64,000 bases of DNA from a bacterium. GTDB lineage: Bacteria > UBA8248. The notes below the pieces were generated by a model, which worked only from the letters and a program-made list of their open reading frames with translations, ran no database searches and was not told the origin of the DNA. The stretch is taken from the NCBI GenBank assembly GCA_965199855.1, contig OZ241326.1, positions 160,001 to 224,000 on the forward strand, written 5' to 3'. The position numbers and the translations under genes were made by a program. Of the stretch, positions 52,225 to 62,036 are shown piece by piece. Numbering within the stretch: the stretch's first letter is position 1; each line of letters starts with the position of its first letter.

Positions 52225-53319
52225 CTACAGCAGGCAGGCGCCGTCCACGCAGACGGGGCCGCCCCGGGGCGCCTTGCCGTCAATCGCCCGCAGCACCGGG
52301 TTCGTCATGTGGCCCCAGCCGGGGATGAAGGCGGAGAAGCGGCCCGCCTCTCCCCCCGCCACGAACAGGTGGATGTTCTCCGGGCCCGGCACGATGGGGA
52401 CGCGCTCGCCCGCCTCGCGCCGGTACCACCTGGGGATGTTGCGGTTATAGACCTTTCCGTAGCGGTGGCCGAACGAAATGTCCTCGAAGGTGTTCGTGGT
52501 GTGCATCCACAGATAGCTCTTCACGTCGTTGCGCGTCCAGTTCCTCGCGCTGATGGTGGCGGCGTGCTCGGGGCCGATGACGACGGCGCACGAGCCGCTG
52601 CTCACCGCGTTGTTGTGGGCGATCGTGCTCATGGCCGAGCAGACGCTGTCGAGGACGCCTTCCGGATCGTCGGAGATGTGGTTCGTCACGCTGTGGGGCG
52701 CCTCGGCCGCGATGGCGAAGACCGTGGAATCCTCGGGCGCGTAGCCCTGCTCCACGTGATAGGGCGCCCAAGGGCTCGCCTCCTCGTTCTCCGCGATGCA
52801 GTAGGTGTATTTCGTGGGACAGCCCAGCGTGCTCTTGTCGAGGTCGCCCGGCCGCGCCCCGCCCACGTTCAGGAGCATCATCCGCGCCGCGCGGCCTATC
52901 GTCGCGTTCGCGCGGTTGCCCGAGCCGAAGACGTTGCAGCCCGCGTTCATGCCGATCTCGCCGCGCGCCGGCCCGTTCACGACGAGGAGCGGGCACGCCA
53001 TGTGGGTGGTGGCCTGCACGCCGTTCAGGTTGAAGTGCGGGTCGCACAGGGCGAGCATCGCCGCGCGGACGACGGGGGCGTATTCGGCCCTGCAGCCCGC
53101 CATCACCATGTTGATCGCCAGAACCTCTCTCGTGAGATTGCCCCAGCGGGGAGGCACGCGGCACTCCACGAAGTCCTTCCCGCCCCCCAGCGCCGAGACG
53201 GCGGCGTCTATTTTCTCAGGCGTGGGCGGGACGACGGGAAGCCCGTCGGAGAAGCCCCGCTCGTAGTAATGCTCCACCAGATCGACTTCGCCGCCCACCA
53301 TCCGCGCCGCCTGCGCCAT
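52225..53319 (-). CDS. Conserved hypothetical protein upstream of the UGSC protein
   Basis: Motifs DGLPVVPPT, AINMVMAGC, RANATIGRA, ENEEASPW; C-terminal CVDGAC. Confidence 0.85.
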   Translation of the reverse strand: MAQAARMVGGEVDLVEHYYERGFSDGLPVVPPTPEKIDAAVSALGGGKDFVECRVPPRWGNLTREVLAINMVMAGCRAEYAPVVRAAMLALCDPHFNLNGVQATTHMACPLLVVNGPARGEIGMNAGCNVFGSGNRANATIGRAARMMLLNVGGARPGDLDKSTLGCPTKYTYCIAENEEASPWAPYHVEQGYAPEDSTVFAIAAEAPHSVTNHISDDPEGVLDSVCSAMSTIAHNNAVSSGSCAVVIGPEHAATISARNWTRNDVKSYLWMHTTNTFEDISFGHRYGKVYNRNIPRWYRREAGERVPIVPGPENIHLFVAGGEAGRFSAFIPGWGHMTNPVLRAIDGKAPRGGPVCVDGACLL

Positions 53320-53442
53320 GCCCTTCGCTCTCCCGTCACGGGTTCCTGGACGCCCGCATCATAAACCGGATTCCCGAAAAGGAAAAGACGGGGAGCAGGA
53401 CGCGAGAGACGAAACCAAAAGCATCCTTGAAGCGCCGCGCCC

Positions 53443-54075
53443 TCACCCTTTCGGCAGGCGCGTCGCCTCGTCGGTCAGCGCGGCTTGGGCCTGCGCCGGC
53501 GTCAGCCCCTTCGCCCCCGAGAGATCGGCGCCCCGGAGGTCGGCGCGCTCCAGATCCGCGTCATCCAGGAGGGCGTCCGCGAGGTTCGCGCCCGCGAGAT
53601 TCGCCCGGGCGAGCGAGGCGCCGCGCAGATCGGCGCCGCGCAGATCGGCGCCCGCGAGATCCGCGGCTCCGAGATTCGCCGACATCACGTTCGCCCCGGC
53701 CATGCGGGCGCCCGCGAGATTCGCCCCCTCGAGGCTCGACTGGAACAGGTCGGCCCCCTCCAGGTCGGCGTTCGAGAGGTCCGCCCCGCCCAGGTTCGCC
53801 CACTGCGCGTTGGCGCGGGCGAGGCGCGCCCCCCGCAGGTTCGCCTTCGACAGGTTCACGAGGAACAGGCTGACGAGCCCGAGGCGCGCGCCTTCCAGGT
53901 CGGCGCGCTCCCCGCTCGCGCCCGCGCTCTCGAGCCACTTCGCGTGGGCTTCCACCTTCCCGGCGAAAAGGGCCTCCTCCGCCTGATCCGGCGCCATGGG
54001 GAGGCCGAAGCCGGCCTCCCCCCCGGACGGAGCCGTCCTCCCCCCCGCCAGCCAGCCGAGAATCCGCTTCATCAT
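53443..54075 (-). CDS. Pentapeptide repeat protein
   Basis: Long run of A(D/N)LxG repeats. Confidence 0.92.
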   Translation of the reverse strand: MMKRILGWLAGGRTAPSGGEAGFGLPMAPDQAEEALFAGKVEAHAKWLESAGASGERADLEGARLGLVSLFLVNLSKANLRGARLARANAQWANLGGADLSNADLEGADLFQSSLEGANLAGARMAGANVMSANLGAADLAGADLRGADLRGASLARANLAGANLADALLDDADLERADLRGADLSGAKGLTPAQAQAALTDEATRLPKG

Positions 54076-54300
54076 GGGGACGCCTCCCGGCCCGAGGATC
54101 GCCCGGCCTGAACCGCGCGGATGAATGAAGGCGACCGACAACGCTCTCGCCGAAAAACCCGAACGCGAGCGGGCGAACCTTCGGCGGATCGTTTGCGAAA
54201 CCCGGCCGCCAGGGAAGATTACAGCATTTCGCCGGCGGACGAAGCGCGGGAGCGCGCCGCGTGACGCGAATCGGCCAGCGGGGGGGAAGAATTCCCTTCT

Positions 54301-55101
54301 TCAGGCCGCCAGAGAGTCCAGGAAGTCGCGGCAGACGCGGGCGAACGCATCGGGGCGTTCGATGAGCGCCACGTGGCCCGTGCCCTCCATGACGACGAGC
54401 CGGGAGCCCTCGATGCGGGCGCTCATCTCCCGCGCGTGGTGGGGATCGACGATGAGGTCGCGATCCGAGCAGGTGATGAGCGTGGGAACCCTGATGTTGT
54501 GAAGGCGATCCAGCGCGTCCCCCTCCAGGCAGGCGGCCAGCTGCCCCTCCCAGCCCGCGTCCTCCCCCGACGCCTCCATGAGCCACTTTCTCTTGCGCTC
54601 CATCTCCCCGGCGTTCGCGTCGTAGAACTCGTGCGAGTAAAGCCCCAGCAGGCTGAGCTCGACGAGCGCCTCGCGCTCCCCGCGCCGGGCGAGGCGCAGG
54701 CGGGCGCGCTGAAAGGAGGCCAGCCGCGGGCAGTTTCTCGCCCAGGCGTGGTGAAGCCCCAGGCTCATGACGCGCTCCGGGTGGCGCAGCGCGAGCTCCG
54801 CCGCGATGTGCCCCCCCATGGAAAAGCCCATGACGTGGGCGCGCTCGGCGCCCGCGGCGTCGAGAACGCCCGCGGCGTCTTCCGCCATGTCCGCGAGGGA
54901 ATAGCCCGGCGCGGGCGCGGAGCTTTTGCCCACCCCCCGGTTGTCGAAGACGACGCAGCGGAAGCGCGCACCCAGCAGGGGCAGCTGCCCCGACCAGAAG
55001 GCGTGGTCGTGGCCCGTTCCGCTCACCAGCAGAAGGGGCGCGCCCCGCCCGTGGACCTCATAGAAAATCCTCACGCCCGTGGGCGGCGCGGCGAACGGCA
55101 T
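54301..55101 (-). CDS. Alpha/beta hydrolase
   Basis: Motifs DNRGVGKS, GFSMGG, DRD, GTGH. Confidence 0.9.
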   Translation of the reverse strand: MPFAAPPTGVRIFYEVHGRGAPLLLVSGTGHDHAFWSGQLPLLGARFRCVVFDNRGVGKSSAPAPGYSLADMAEDAAGVLDAAGAERAHVMGFSMGGHIAAELALRHPERVMSLGLHHAWARNCPRLASFQRARLRLARRGEREALVELSLLGLYSHEFYDANAGEMERKRKWLMEASGEDAGWEGQLAACLEGDALDRLHNIRVPTLITCSDRDLIVDPHHAREMSARIEGSRLVVMEGTGHVALIERPDAFARVCRDFLDSLAA

Positions 55102-55250
55102 GGGGAGGCTCCCGAAAAAAGAAAGACGCGAGCGGACGGCTCCCCGCCCGGGAGCGCGTCAGGCCGAACCCGGCCGATGGACTCCTCCGCCAGTCCAGGC
55201 GACAGGGCGCGCCGGAGATTCCGCCCCCCGAAAGCGCGCGGCGCGGCCCC

Positions 55251-55949
55251 TCACGTTCCGGGTTCGTCCTCGGGCCCCCAGAAGAACGGATCGAGCAGCA
55301 GGCCCTCCCTCGGAACCTTCACGGCGGGCGCGAGCCCCTGCGCCAGCTTGAGGCGCTGAATCGTCCTCAGATGCGCGAGCGCCTCCCAATACATCTGCCG
55401 AAGCATCGCCCCCAGGGTGAAGGTGAATTTCGTCTCGTCCTCCGCGTCCCGGGAAAGACCCTCCTCGTGAAAGGCGGAAGCGCGCGCCCAGAAGCGATGC
55501 ACCGGCTCGTCGGTGTCCCCCATCATCAGCTCCGGCGCGAACGAGCGGGTGATGGCGAGGGTTCTCAACTCCTCCCCGCCCCTTCCCTCGGCGGCGCGCT
55601 CGGCGAAGCGGAGCGCCTCGTCGAACTTGGGGAGCAAATCCTCCAGCTTCCAGTATTTCTCCTCATCCAGCCTGCGGTCATATTTGTCGGGCGCCGCCAT
55701 GGAGAAATCCACCGGGTCGCCGGGCGGGTTCTCCGGCCAGAGCGTCTTGCCCCACATCTTCGCCCACCAGAAGAAATAGGCGAGCGCCACGTGGCTTATC
55801 TGCCGCCGGATGCTCCAGCGCGACCACTCCTCGGAGGAATCCTCCCAGTCGAGCTGGGCGTCGGTCAGCCCGGCCGCCTCTTCGCGGAACATCTCGCGCA
55901 GCGCCTGAAAATCGGGAATTCCCCCGTCCACGCCGGTCTCCTTTCGCAT
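55251..55949 (-). CDS. DinB-like family protein
   Basis: GLTDAQLDW...WSIRRQISH and C-terminal EALAHL. Confidence 0.65.
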   Translation of the reverse strand: MRKETGVDGGIPDFQALREMFREEAAGLTDAQLDWEDSSEEWSRWSIRRQISHVALAYFFWWAKMWGKTLWPENPPGDPVDFSMAAPDKYDRRLDEEKYWKLEDLLPKFDEALRFAERAAEGRGGEELRTLAITRSFAPELMMGDTDEPVHRFWARASAFHEEGLSRDAEDETKFTFTLGAMLRQMYWEALAHLRTIQRLKLAQGLAPAVKVPREGLLLDPFFWGPEDEPGT

Positions 55950-55986
55950 CCGTCCCGAAGCCTTCTCCAGACCCCGCGCCCGCGCG

Positions 55987-57534
55987 CTACGGAATTCTCA
56001 AGTCCCTGCCCGTCATCTCCGGCGGGGGCGCGATTCCCATTAGCCCCAGCAGGGTGGGCGCCACGTCGCGGAGCGCCCCGCCTGGCCGGAGCGCGCCCCC
56101 GAAGCCGGGCGCGACGAGGACGCAGGGCGTCTCGTTCAGGGTGTGCGCGGTGTGGGGGCAGTCGTTTTCCGCGTCCCACATCGTCTCGCAGTTTCCGTGA
56201 TCCGCCGTGACCACCGCCGCCCCGCCCGCCTTCTCCAGAGCGTCGAGAACGCGCCCGAGGCAGGCGTCCACGAAGCCCACGGCGCGCACGGCGGCGCTCT
56301 CCACGCCGGTGTGCCCCACCATGTCGGGATTGGCGTAGTTGAGGACGATGGCGTCCTCCTCGCCTCCCTCGATGGCGTCGATCGCGACCCGCGTCGCCTC
56401 CTCCGCGCTCATCTCGGGCCTCATGTCGTAGGTCGCCACCTTCGGCGAGGGAACCATGCGCCGCCTCTCGCCCGGAGCGGGCGTCTCCTCGCCGCCGTTG
56501 AAGAAGTAGGTGACGTGCGGATACTTCTCCGTCTCGGCGACTCTCAGGCAGGTTCGCCCCGCCTCCGCCAGCGCGTGGTGGAAGAGGCCCCGCATCCGCA
56601 GGGGGGGGAACGCGACGGGCAGCCCGAAGCGCGCATCATACTCCGTCATGCAGGCGTAGTGAACCCGCGGCCTCTCCGGAAGCTCCAGGCGGTCGAACGC
56701 CTCTTCGGTGAACAGGCGGGTGATCTGCCGCGCCCTGTCCGCGCGGAAGTTCATGCAGATCACGGCGTCGCCGTCCCGAATCAGCCCCGCCGGGCGCCCG
56801 CCCGCCCCCAGCGCGACCGGCTCGATGAACTCGTCCGTCACCCCCCGCGCGTAGGAGGCCTCCACCGCCTCGGCGGCGCTTCGGGCGCGGGCGCCCTCTC
56901 CCGCCGTCATCGCCCGGTAGGCGCGCGCGGTTCTCTCCCAGCGCCCGTCCCTGTCCATGGCGTAGTAGCGGCCCGTGAGGGTGGCGAGCTCCGCCCCCGC
57001 CTCGCGCCGCAGGCTTTTCTCGTAGCGGGAGACGAAGCCCAGCCCCGAGCGCGGCGGCGCGTCCCGACCATCCGTGAAGGCGTGCGCGAAGACGCGCCCG
57101 ATTCCGGCCTCCCTGCCGAGGCGCGCGAGCGCCGCCCCGTGCTCCTGCAAGCTGTGCACCCCTCCGTCCGAGACCAGACCCAGAACGTGCAGCGCCCCGC
57201 CCTGCGTCTTGGCCTTCCGAACGCACTCGACGAACGCGGGGAGAGAGTAGAAGTCGCCGCTCTCGATGGCGCGGTCGATGCGGACGACGTCCTGCTCCAC
57301 CGCCCGGCCCGCGCCGAGGTTCAGGTGGCCCACCTCCGAGTTGCCCATCCGCCCCTCGGGAAGCCCCACGGCGCGGCCGGAGGTCGCGAGGCGGGCGGAG
57401 GGCCTGCCGGCGAGCAGGGCGTCCATGGTCGGGGTGTCGGCGAGCGCGACGGCGTTGTGGGCGCGCTCCTCGGAGAGTCCCCATCCATCCAGGACGATGA
57501 GCATGACGGGACGGGGAACGCTCAAGGGCTTCAC
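55987..57534 (-). CDS. gpmI: 2,3-bisphosphoglycerate-independent phosphoglycerate mutase
   Basis: Motifs LDGWG, MGNSEVGH, SDGGVHS, GRYYAMDRD, AETEKYPHVT, NPDMVGHTG, TADHGN. Confidence 0.97.
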   Translation of the reverse strand: MKPLSVPRPVMLIVLDGWGLSEERAHNAVALADTPTMDALLAGRPSARLATSGRAVGLPEGRMGNSEVGHLNLGAGRAVEQDVVRIDRAIESGDFYSLPAFVECVRKAKTQGGALHVLGLVSDGGVHSLQEHGAALARLGREAGIGRVFAHAFTDGRDAPPRSGLGFVSRYEKSLRREAGAELATLTGRYYAMDRDGRWERTARAYRAMTAGEGARARSAAEAVEASYARGVTDEFIEPVALGAGGRPAGLIRDGDAVICMNFRADRARQITRLFTEEAFDRLELPERPRVHYACMTEYDARFGLPVAFPPLRMRGLFHHALAEAGRTCLRVAETEKYPHVTYFFNGGEETPAPGERRRMVPSPKVATYDMRPEMSAEEATRVAIDAIEGGEEDAIVLNYANPDMVGHTGVESAAVRAVGFVDACLGRVLDALEKAGGAAVVTADHGNCETMWDAENDCPHTAHTLNETPCVLVAPGFGGALRPGGALRDVAPTLLGLMGIAPPPEMTGRDLRIP

Positions 57535-57576
57535 GCGGCCTTGTCCGAAGAAGCGGAAAAAGCGGCCCGGCTTCGC

Positions 57577-58512
57577 CTATCCTGAATCATAAACGCGGAC
57601 GAAGCGCCGCTTTTTTCTGTCCCAGAGCCAGAATTCCTCGAACGGGAGTCGGTTGACGGAGAGCGAGTTCTTCCGTTTTCCGCCGCGCGAATCGGAGAAG
57701 CGCGCCTCGAATTTCCGCACCCCCTTCAGGATGAGGGTGGCGGGGTTTCCCGGCCCGTTGAAGCGGAAGCGAACCCTGGCGCGCAGACTCTCGCTCCTCT
57801 GAACGGAGCGGGTCTCCGCGTCGTCGAGATACCGCCTCGGCCAACGCAGCTCCTCGCGCAGGCGCGCGAACCACACCAGGTCGAAGCGGCGCTTCCCGAC
57901 CGGCTTGATCACGCGCACGGCGTCCGCGCCGCGGCCGTTCGAGCCTTCCCGGACGTTGACGATCAGCTCGTGGAGGCCGTCCGCCGTCAGGTCGGCTATC
58001 TGGTAGGTGATCTCGCGCCCGTGGCTCGAATCGCTGTAGGAGGCGAGCGGGGCGCGCCGCCTTCGGTCGTCGTCCATCAGGCAGAAGGTGATGTAGTCCG
58101 TCCCCCCCTCGTCCCGATCCGCCTGGATGACCATCAGGGTTTCGAGGCGCTTGTCCTCATCCATGTTGATGGGGATGAAGTCCACCGAGAAGGCGTAGTT
58201 TCTCATATGCTCGGAGGAGAGATACCAGGGCCATTCGTTTTTCGGCGGCGGGCAGTTCGCCAGCGCCTTGAGCTGCTCGCCGCGCTCCCGGGAGAAGAGC
58301 TTGCGCGCGAGGCGCCAGTCCTCGGGCCTCTCCATGCGCTTGAGGTGGGCGACGAGGCGCGAGACGCGCCTCCTCTCCCGCGCCCCGGGCGAGGCCGCGA
58401 GCGCTTCGAGCGACCAAAGCGAGGCGAGAAGACACGAAGCCAGCGCCATCCCCACGCGGCCTCTCATCGTCCGCTCCTTCAAGGGCGCCGTCACCTTACG
58501 CGGTTCCGACAC
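57577..58512 (-). CDS. Hypothetical exported protein
   Basis: Signal-like segment; DxDxD-like loops (INMDEDKRLE, DLTADGLHE). Start uncertain. Confidence 0.7.
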   Translation of the reverse strand: MSEPRKVTAPLKERTMRGRVGMALASCLLASLWSLEALAASPGARERRRVSRLVAHLKRMERPEDWRLARKLFSRERGEQLKALANCPPPKNEWPWYLSSEHMRNYAFSVDFIPINMDEDKRLETLMVIQADRDEGGTDYITFCLMDDDRRRRAPLASYSDSSHGREITYQIADLTADGLHELIVNVREGSNGRGADAVRVIKPVGKRRFDLVWFARLREELRWPRRYLDDAETRSVQRSESLRARVRFRFNGPGNPATLILKGVRKFEARFSDSRGGKRKNSLSVNRLPFEEFWLWDRKKRRFVRVYDSG

Positions 58513-58650
58513 GGCGCGAAAAAGATCCGCAAGGTCGAAGCCGCGCTCTCATTATGCCCTTCTCCCGCGCTTTTTCAAAGCGCCTCGGGCGGGCGCGGAT
58601 GACGCTCTCTCCGCCGCAGGCGGCGGAACGCGCGACACGGGCTGAAAATA

Positions 58651-59433
58651 CTACGCCGTCCCCCGCTCCTCTTCAACCGGCGAGAAAGGCGGCCCCGCGC
58701 CTCGGTTCCGCGATATCAGGGCCTCCTTCACGCGGCCGACCCCCAGGTGCTCGGCGATGACGTCCTCGCGCGCGAGGAGTTCGGGCCCCGTCCCCTCGAA
58801 GGCGACGAAGCCGCGGCTCAGCACGTAGAAGTAATCCCCCACCTCCAGGGCGAGGGAGAGGTTCTGCTCCACGAGAAGGACGGAGAGGCCCCGCGCGCGC
58901 GTCTTGAGGATTCCCTCCCGGATGGAGCGAACGAGGCCGGGGGCGAGACCCTCGGTCGGCTCATCCAGCAGAATCAGCTCCGGCCGCGCCACGAGGGCGC
59001 GCGCGATTACGAGCATCTGCTGCTCGCCCCCGCTCAGGCTTCCCGCCAGCTGCCGGGCGCGCTCCGCAAGGACGGGGAAGAACGCCAGCGCCTCCCGAAC
59101 GGCGCCCGCCGCCGGGCGCGCGCTCGCCTGGGCGGCGACCCGGACGTTCTCCTCCACGCTCAGCGAGGCGAAGGGGCGGCGATCCTCCGGCACGTAGGCG
59201 ATGCCCATGCGCGCGATCCGATGGGCCGCCAGGGCGTCTATCCGCTTCTCCCGAAAGAGAATTTCCCCGGAGGTGGCGGGCGCCAGCCCCATGATGGCCT
59301 TGAGCGTGGTGCTCTTTCCCGCGCCGTTGCGCCCGATGAGGCAGACGATGCGGCCGGGGGGCGCCTCCAGGCTTACGCCATGCAGAACGTGGGCGGTGCC
59401 GTAATGGACGTGAAGCGAGGAGACGCGGAGCAT
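58651..59433 (-). CDS. Branched-chain amino acid-type ABC ATPase (LivF-like)
   Basis: Motifs GRNGAGKS, YVPEDR, LSGGEQQM, LDEPTEGLAP, VEQN. Confidence 0.92.
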   Translation of the reverse strand: MLRVSSLHVHYGTAHVLHGVSLEAPPGRIVCLIGRNGAGKSTTLKAIMGLAPATSGEILFREKRIDALAAHRIARMGIAYVPEDRRPFASLSVEENVRVAAQASARPAAGAVREALAFFPVLAERARQLAGSLSGGEQQMLVIARALVARPELILLDEPTEGLAPGLVRSIREGILKTRARGLSVLLVEQNLSLALEVGDYFYVLSRGFVAFEGTGPELLAREDVIAEHLGVGRVKEALISRNRGAGPPFSPVEEERGTA

Positions 59434-60191
59434 CAGTCCCCCCCCGCCTCGACGGCTCCGAGGTAGGCGTCGCGCACCTGCGGATCGGCGCTGATGCGCT
59501 CCGGCGGCCCCTGGGCGATCACTCGCCCCTGCGTCATCACGGTGATTCTGTCCGAAATCGAGAGAACCACCTCCGTGTCGTGCTCCACCAGGAGGACGCT
59601 CCGCCGATCCGCGATGCGCCGCACCAGACGGGCGATGCGCTCGGTCTCCGCGCGGGACATGCCCGCCGTCGGCTCATCGAGCAGAAGCACTTCCGGGTCG
59701 AGCGCCAGCCCGATGGCCACCTCGAGCACCCGCTTGTCGCCGTGCCCCAGCTCCTCGGGGCGCAGATGGGCCTTCTCCAGCAGCCCGGCCTCGCGCAGCG
59801 CCTCCTCCGCGTCCCCGCGCGCCCGCCGGCACGCGCTCGCCCTCCGGAAGAAGTCGAAGTTCCGCCCCTCGCGGGAGCGCGCCGCGAGCTCGACGTTCTC
59901 CCGCGCGCTCAGCTCGCCGAACACCTGGGTAATCTGGAACGTGCGGACGATGCCGGCCCTCACCAGCCTGTGGGGGGGCAGGCGGGTGACGTCGCGCCCA
60001 TCGAGGAGGACGCTTCCCGCGTCGGGCCGCAGGAAGCCCGTGATGCAGTTGAACAGCGTCGTCTTGCCGGCGCCGTTGGGGCCGATGAGCGCGTGCGCCT
60101 CGCCCGCCTCGACGCTCAGACCCACGTCGTCCACGGCGCGCAGGGCGCCGAAGGATTTGCGAAGCCCCCGGACTACGAGCGCGCCGGCCAA
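59433..60191 (-). CDS. Branched-chain amino acid-type ABC ATPase (LivG-like)
   Basis: Motifs GPNGAGKTT, RTFQ, LLDEPTAG, VEHD, AYLG. Start approximate (TTG 60191). Confidence 0.92.
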   Translation of the reverse strand: MAGALVVRGLRKSFGALRAVDDVGLSVEAGEAHALIGPNGAGKTTLFNCITGFLRPDAGSVLLDGRDVTRLPPHRLVRAGIVRTFQITQVFGELSARENVELAARSREGRNFDFFRRASACRRARGDAEEALREAGLLEKAHLRPEELGHGDKRVLEVAIGLALDPEVLLLDEPTAGMSRAETERIARLVRRIADRRSVLLVEHDTEVVLSISDRITVMTQGRVIAQGPPERISADPQVRDAYLGAVEAGGD

Positions 60192-61177
60192 AGCCGCCTC
60201 CAGATTCTCTCGGCGACGCCCGCGATGCCCGACGGCATGAAGAGGACGGCGAGCACGAAGGCCAGCCCGAAGGAGAACTGCCACGCCCGGTACATGGTCG
60301 TCACCTCATCGCGTATGAACACGAAGCCTATCGCCCCGACGACGGGGCCGAACAGCGTGCCGATGCCGCCGAGAATCGTGATGGCCAGGATGTTGCCCGA
60401 CTCGATCCAGTAAAGCGACATCGGGTTCGCGCCGGCCTTGAGGAAGACGAACAGCGTCCCCGCGACGCCGCCCACCATCCAGGAGAGGACGAGAATCGCC
60501 AGCTTGTGCCGCGCCACGTCGATGCCGATGGCGGAGGCCCTCTCCTCGTTCGCGCGAATCGCCAGGAGGGTTTTGCCGAACGGAGACGCCACGAGTCTGC
60601 CCAGAAGAAGATAGCAGAGAATGAGCGCGGCGGCGGTGAGGAGGTAGAACTCCTCCCCGGGTTCGACGGCGCGGCCGAGGAGCGTGGGCAGCGGAACGCC
60701 GATGAGGCCGTCCAGCCCGCCGGTGACCGAGCGCCACACGACGGATATCTGAAACAGCACCTGGCAGACGCAGAGCGTGAGAATCGCGAACGCGATGCCG
60801 GAGAGCCGGGTCACGACGAGGCCGGTGAGGAGCGCCACGACGGCCGGGGCGAGGACGCCCGCCGCGAGCGAGAGGAGGAAGTCCGCGGAGACGCTCTGGG
60901 CGAAGATTCCCGCCGCGTAGGCGGCGAGGCCGAAGCTCGCGGCGTGCCCGAACGAGACGAGGCCCGCGTAGCCCACCAGCAGGTCCAGACTCATCGCCCA
61001 GATGCCGAAGATCAGCGCCTCGGTCAGCAGGGTGATGAAGAACGGCTCGACGTCCAGAAGGGGAATCGCCAGGGCGAAGAGCGCGGAGGCGGCGAGCAGA
61101 AGCCGCGCCGCGATCTCCCGGGAGCGGGCGCCCGGGGCGCCCCCCGCCCGGCGCGCCGGCTCAGGCGATTCGGCCAC
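60173..61177 (-). CDS. Branched-chain amino acid-type ABC permease (LivM-like)
   Basis: Motifs GYAGLVSFGHA, TGGLDG, SPFG..L.AIR.NE.RA. Confidence 0.92.
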   Translation of the reverse strand: MAESPEPARRAGGAPGARSREIAARLLLAASALFALAIPLLDVEPFFITLLTEALIFGIWAMSLDLLVGYAGLVSFGHAASFGLAAYAAGIFAQSVSADFLLSLAAGVLAPAVVALLTGLVVTRLSGIAFAILTLCVCQVLFQISVVWRSVTGGLDGLIGVPLPTLLGRAVEPGEEFYLLTAAALILCYLLLGRLVASPFGKTLLAIRANEERASAIGIDVARHKLAILVLSWMVGGVAGTLFVFLKAGANPMSLYWIESGNILAITILGGIGTLFGPVVGAIGFVFIRDEVTTMYRAWQFSFGLAFVLAVLFMPSGIAGVAERIWRRLWPARS

Positions 61178-62027
61178 GGCCGAACACCCCTCTGGGCCGC
61201 AGAACGATGATGGCGGCCACGACCAGGAACAGCGCCGCGATGGCCCATTCCGCGATGTAGCCCCCGCCGATGGACTTCGCCAGCGCCACGATGAACGCCC
61301 CGACGGCGGTTCCCGGGAGGTGTCCGAGTCCGCCCAGAATCACCGCCAGGAACGAGTCGATGATGACGCCCATGCCCATCTCCGGCTCGACGGAGAAAAT
61401 GGGCGCGCCGAGCGCGCCGGCGAACGCGGCGAACCCCGCCGCGCCCCCGAAGATGCTCGTGAGCAGCCAGCGCGTGTTGATGCCGAGGGCCTCCGCCATC
61501 TCGCTGTCGTCCGTGATGGCGCGTATCTTCAGCCCGACCGGCGTGCGCTGGATGAACGCGAAGACGAGGCCCGTCACCAGAAGCGAGACCCCCGCCGCGA
61601 AGAGCCTGTAGACGGGAAACTGGTTGCCGGCGATCTCCACCGTCCCGCGGAGGAGGGCGGGCGGCTTGATGAGCGTGGTCTCGGTGCCCCAGAGATACTC
61701 GATGGCGCCCGTGATCATGAAGGAGAGGCCGAAGGTCACGAGCAGGGTGTAGATTTCGTCGCGGCCCCGGATGGGGGCGATCGTCATCCGCTCCATGGCC
61801 ACGGCCAGGGGGACGACCAGCAGCGGCGCGAACGCCATCGCTCCCCACCCCATCGCCGGCATGAGGAGGATGAAGAAATACCCCCCCAGGGCGTAGAACA
61901 CGCCGTGCGCGAAGTTGACCACGCGGCCCAGGCCGAACACGAGGCTCAGCCCCAGGCTCGTCAGCGCCAGGAACGAGCCGTAGATGATCCCGTTCAGCGA
62001 ATTGACGAACAGGAAGTTCCAGTCCAT
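61161..62027 (-). CDS. Branched-chain amino acid-type ABC permease (LivH-like)
   Basis: Motifs GLSLVFG...VNFAHG, LGGLG, LRPRGVFG. Confidence 0.92.
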   Translation of the reverse strand: MDWNFLFVNSLNGIIYGSFLALTSLGLSLVFGLGRVVNFAHGVFYALGGYFFILLMPAMGWGAMAFAPLLVVPLAVAMERMTIAPIRGRDEIYTLLVTFGLSFMITGAIEYLWGTETTLIKPPALLRGTVEIAGNQFPVYRLFAAGVSLLVTGLVFAFIQRTPVGLKIRAITDDSEMAEALGINTRWLLTSIFGGAAGFAAFAGALGAPIFSVEPEMGMGVIIDSFLAVILGGLGHLPGTAVGAFIVALAKSIGGGYIAEWAIAALFLVVAAIIVLRPRGVFGRGRIA

Positions 62028-62036
62028 CGCGGCCGG

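Noticed and set aside
53480-53920. 15-bp periodic DNA repeats
   Set aside because: They are explained by the pentapeptide-repeat coding sequence.
56601-56608. G8 tract as a phase-variation site
   Set aside because: It lies within an intact housekeeping gpmI frame and is unremarkable at this GC content.
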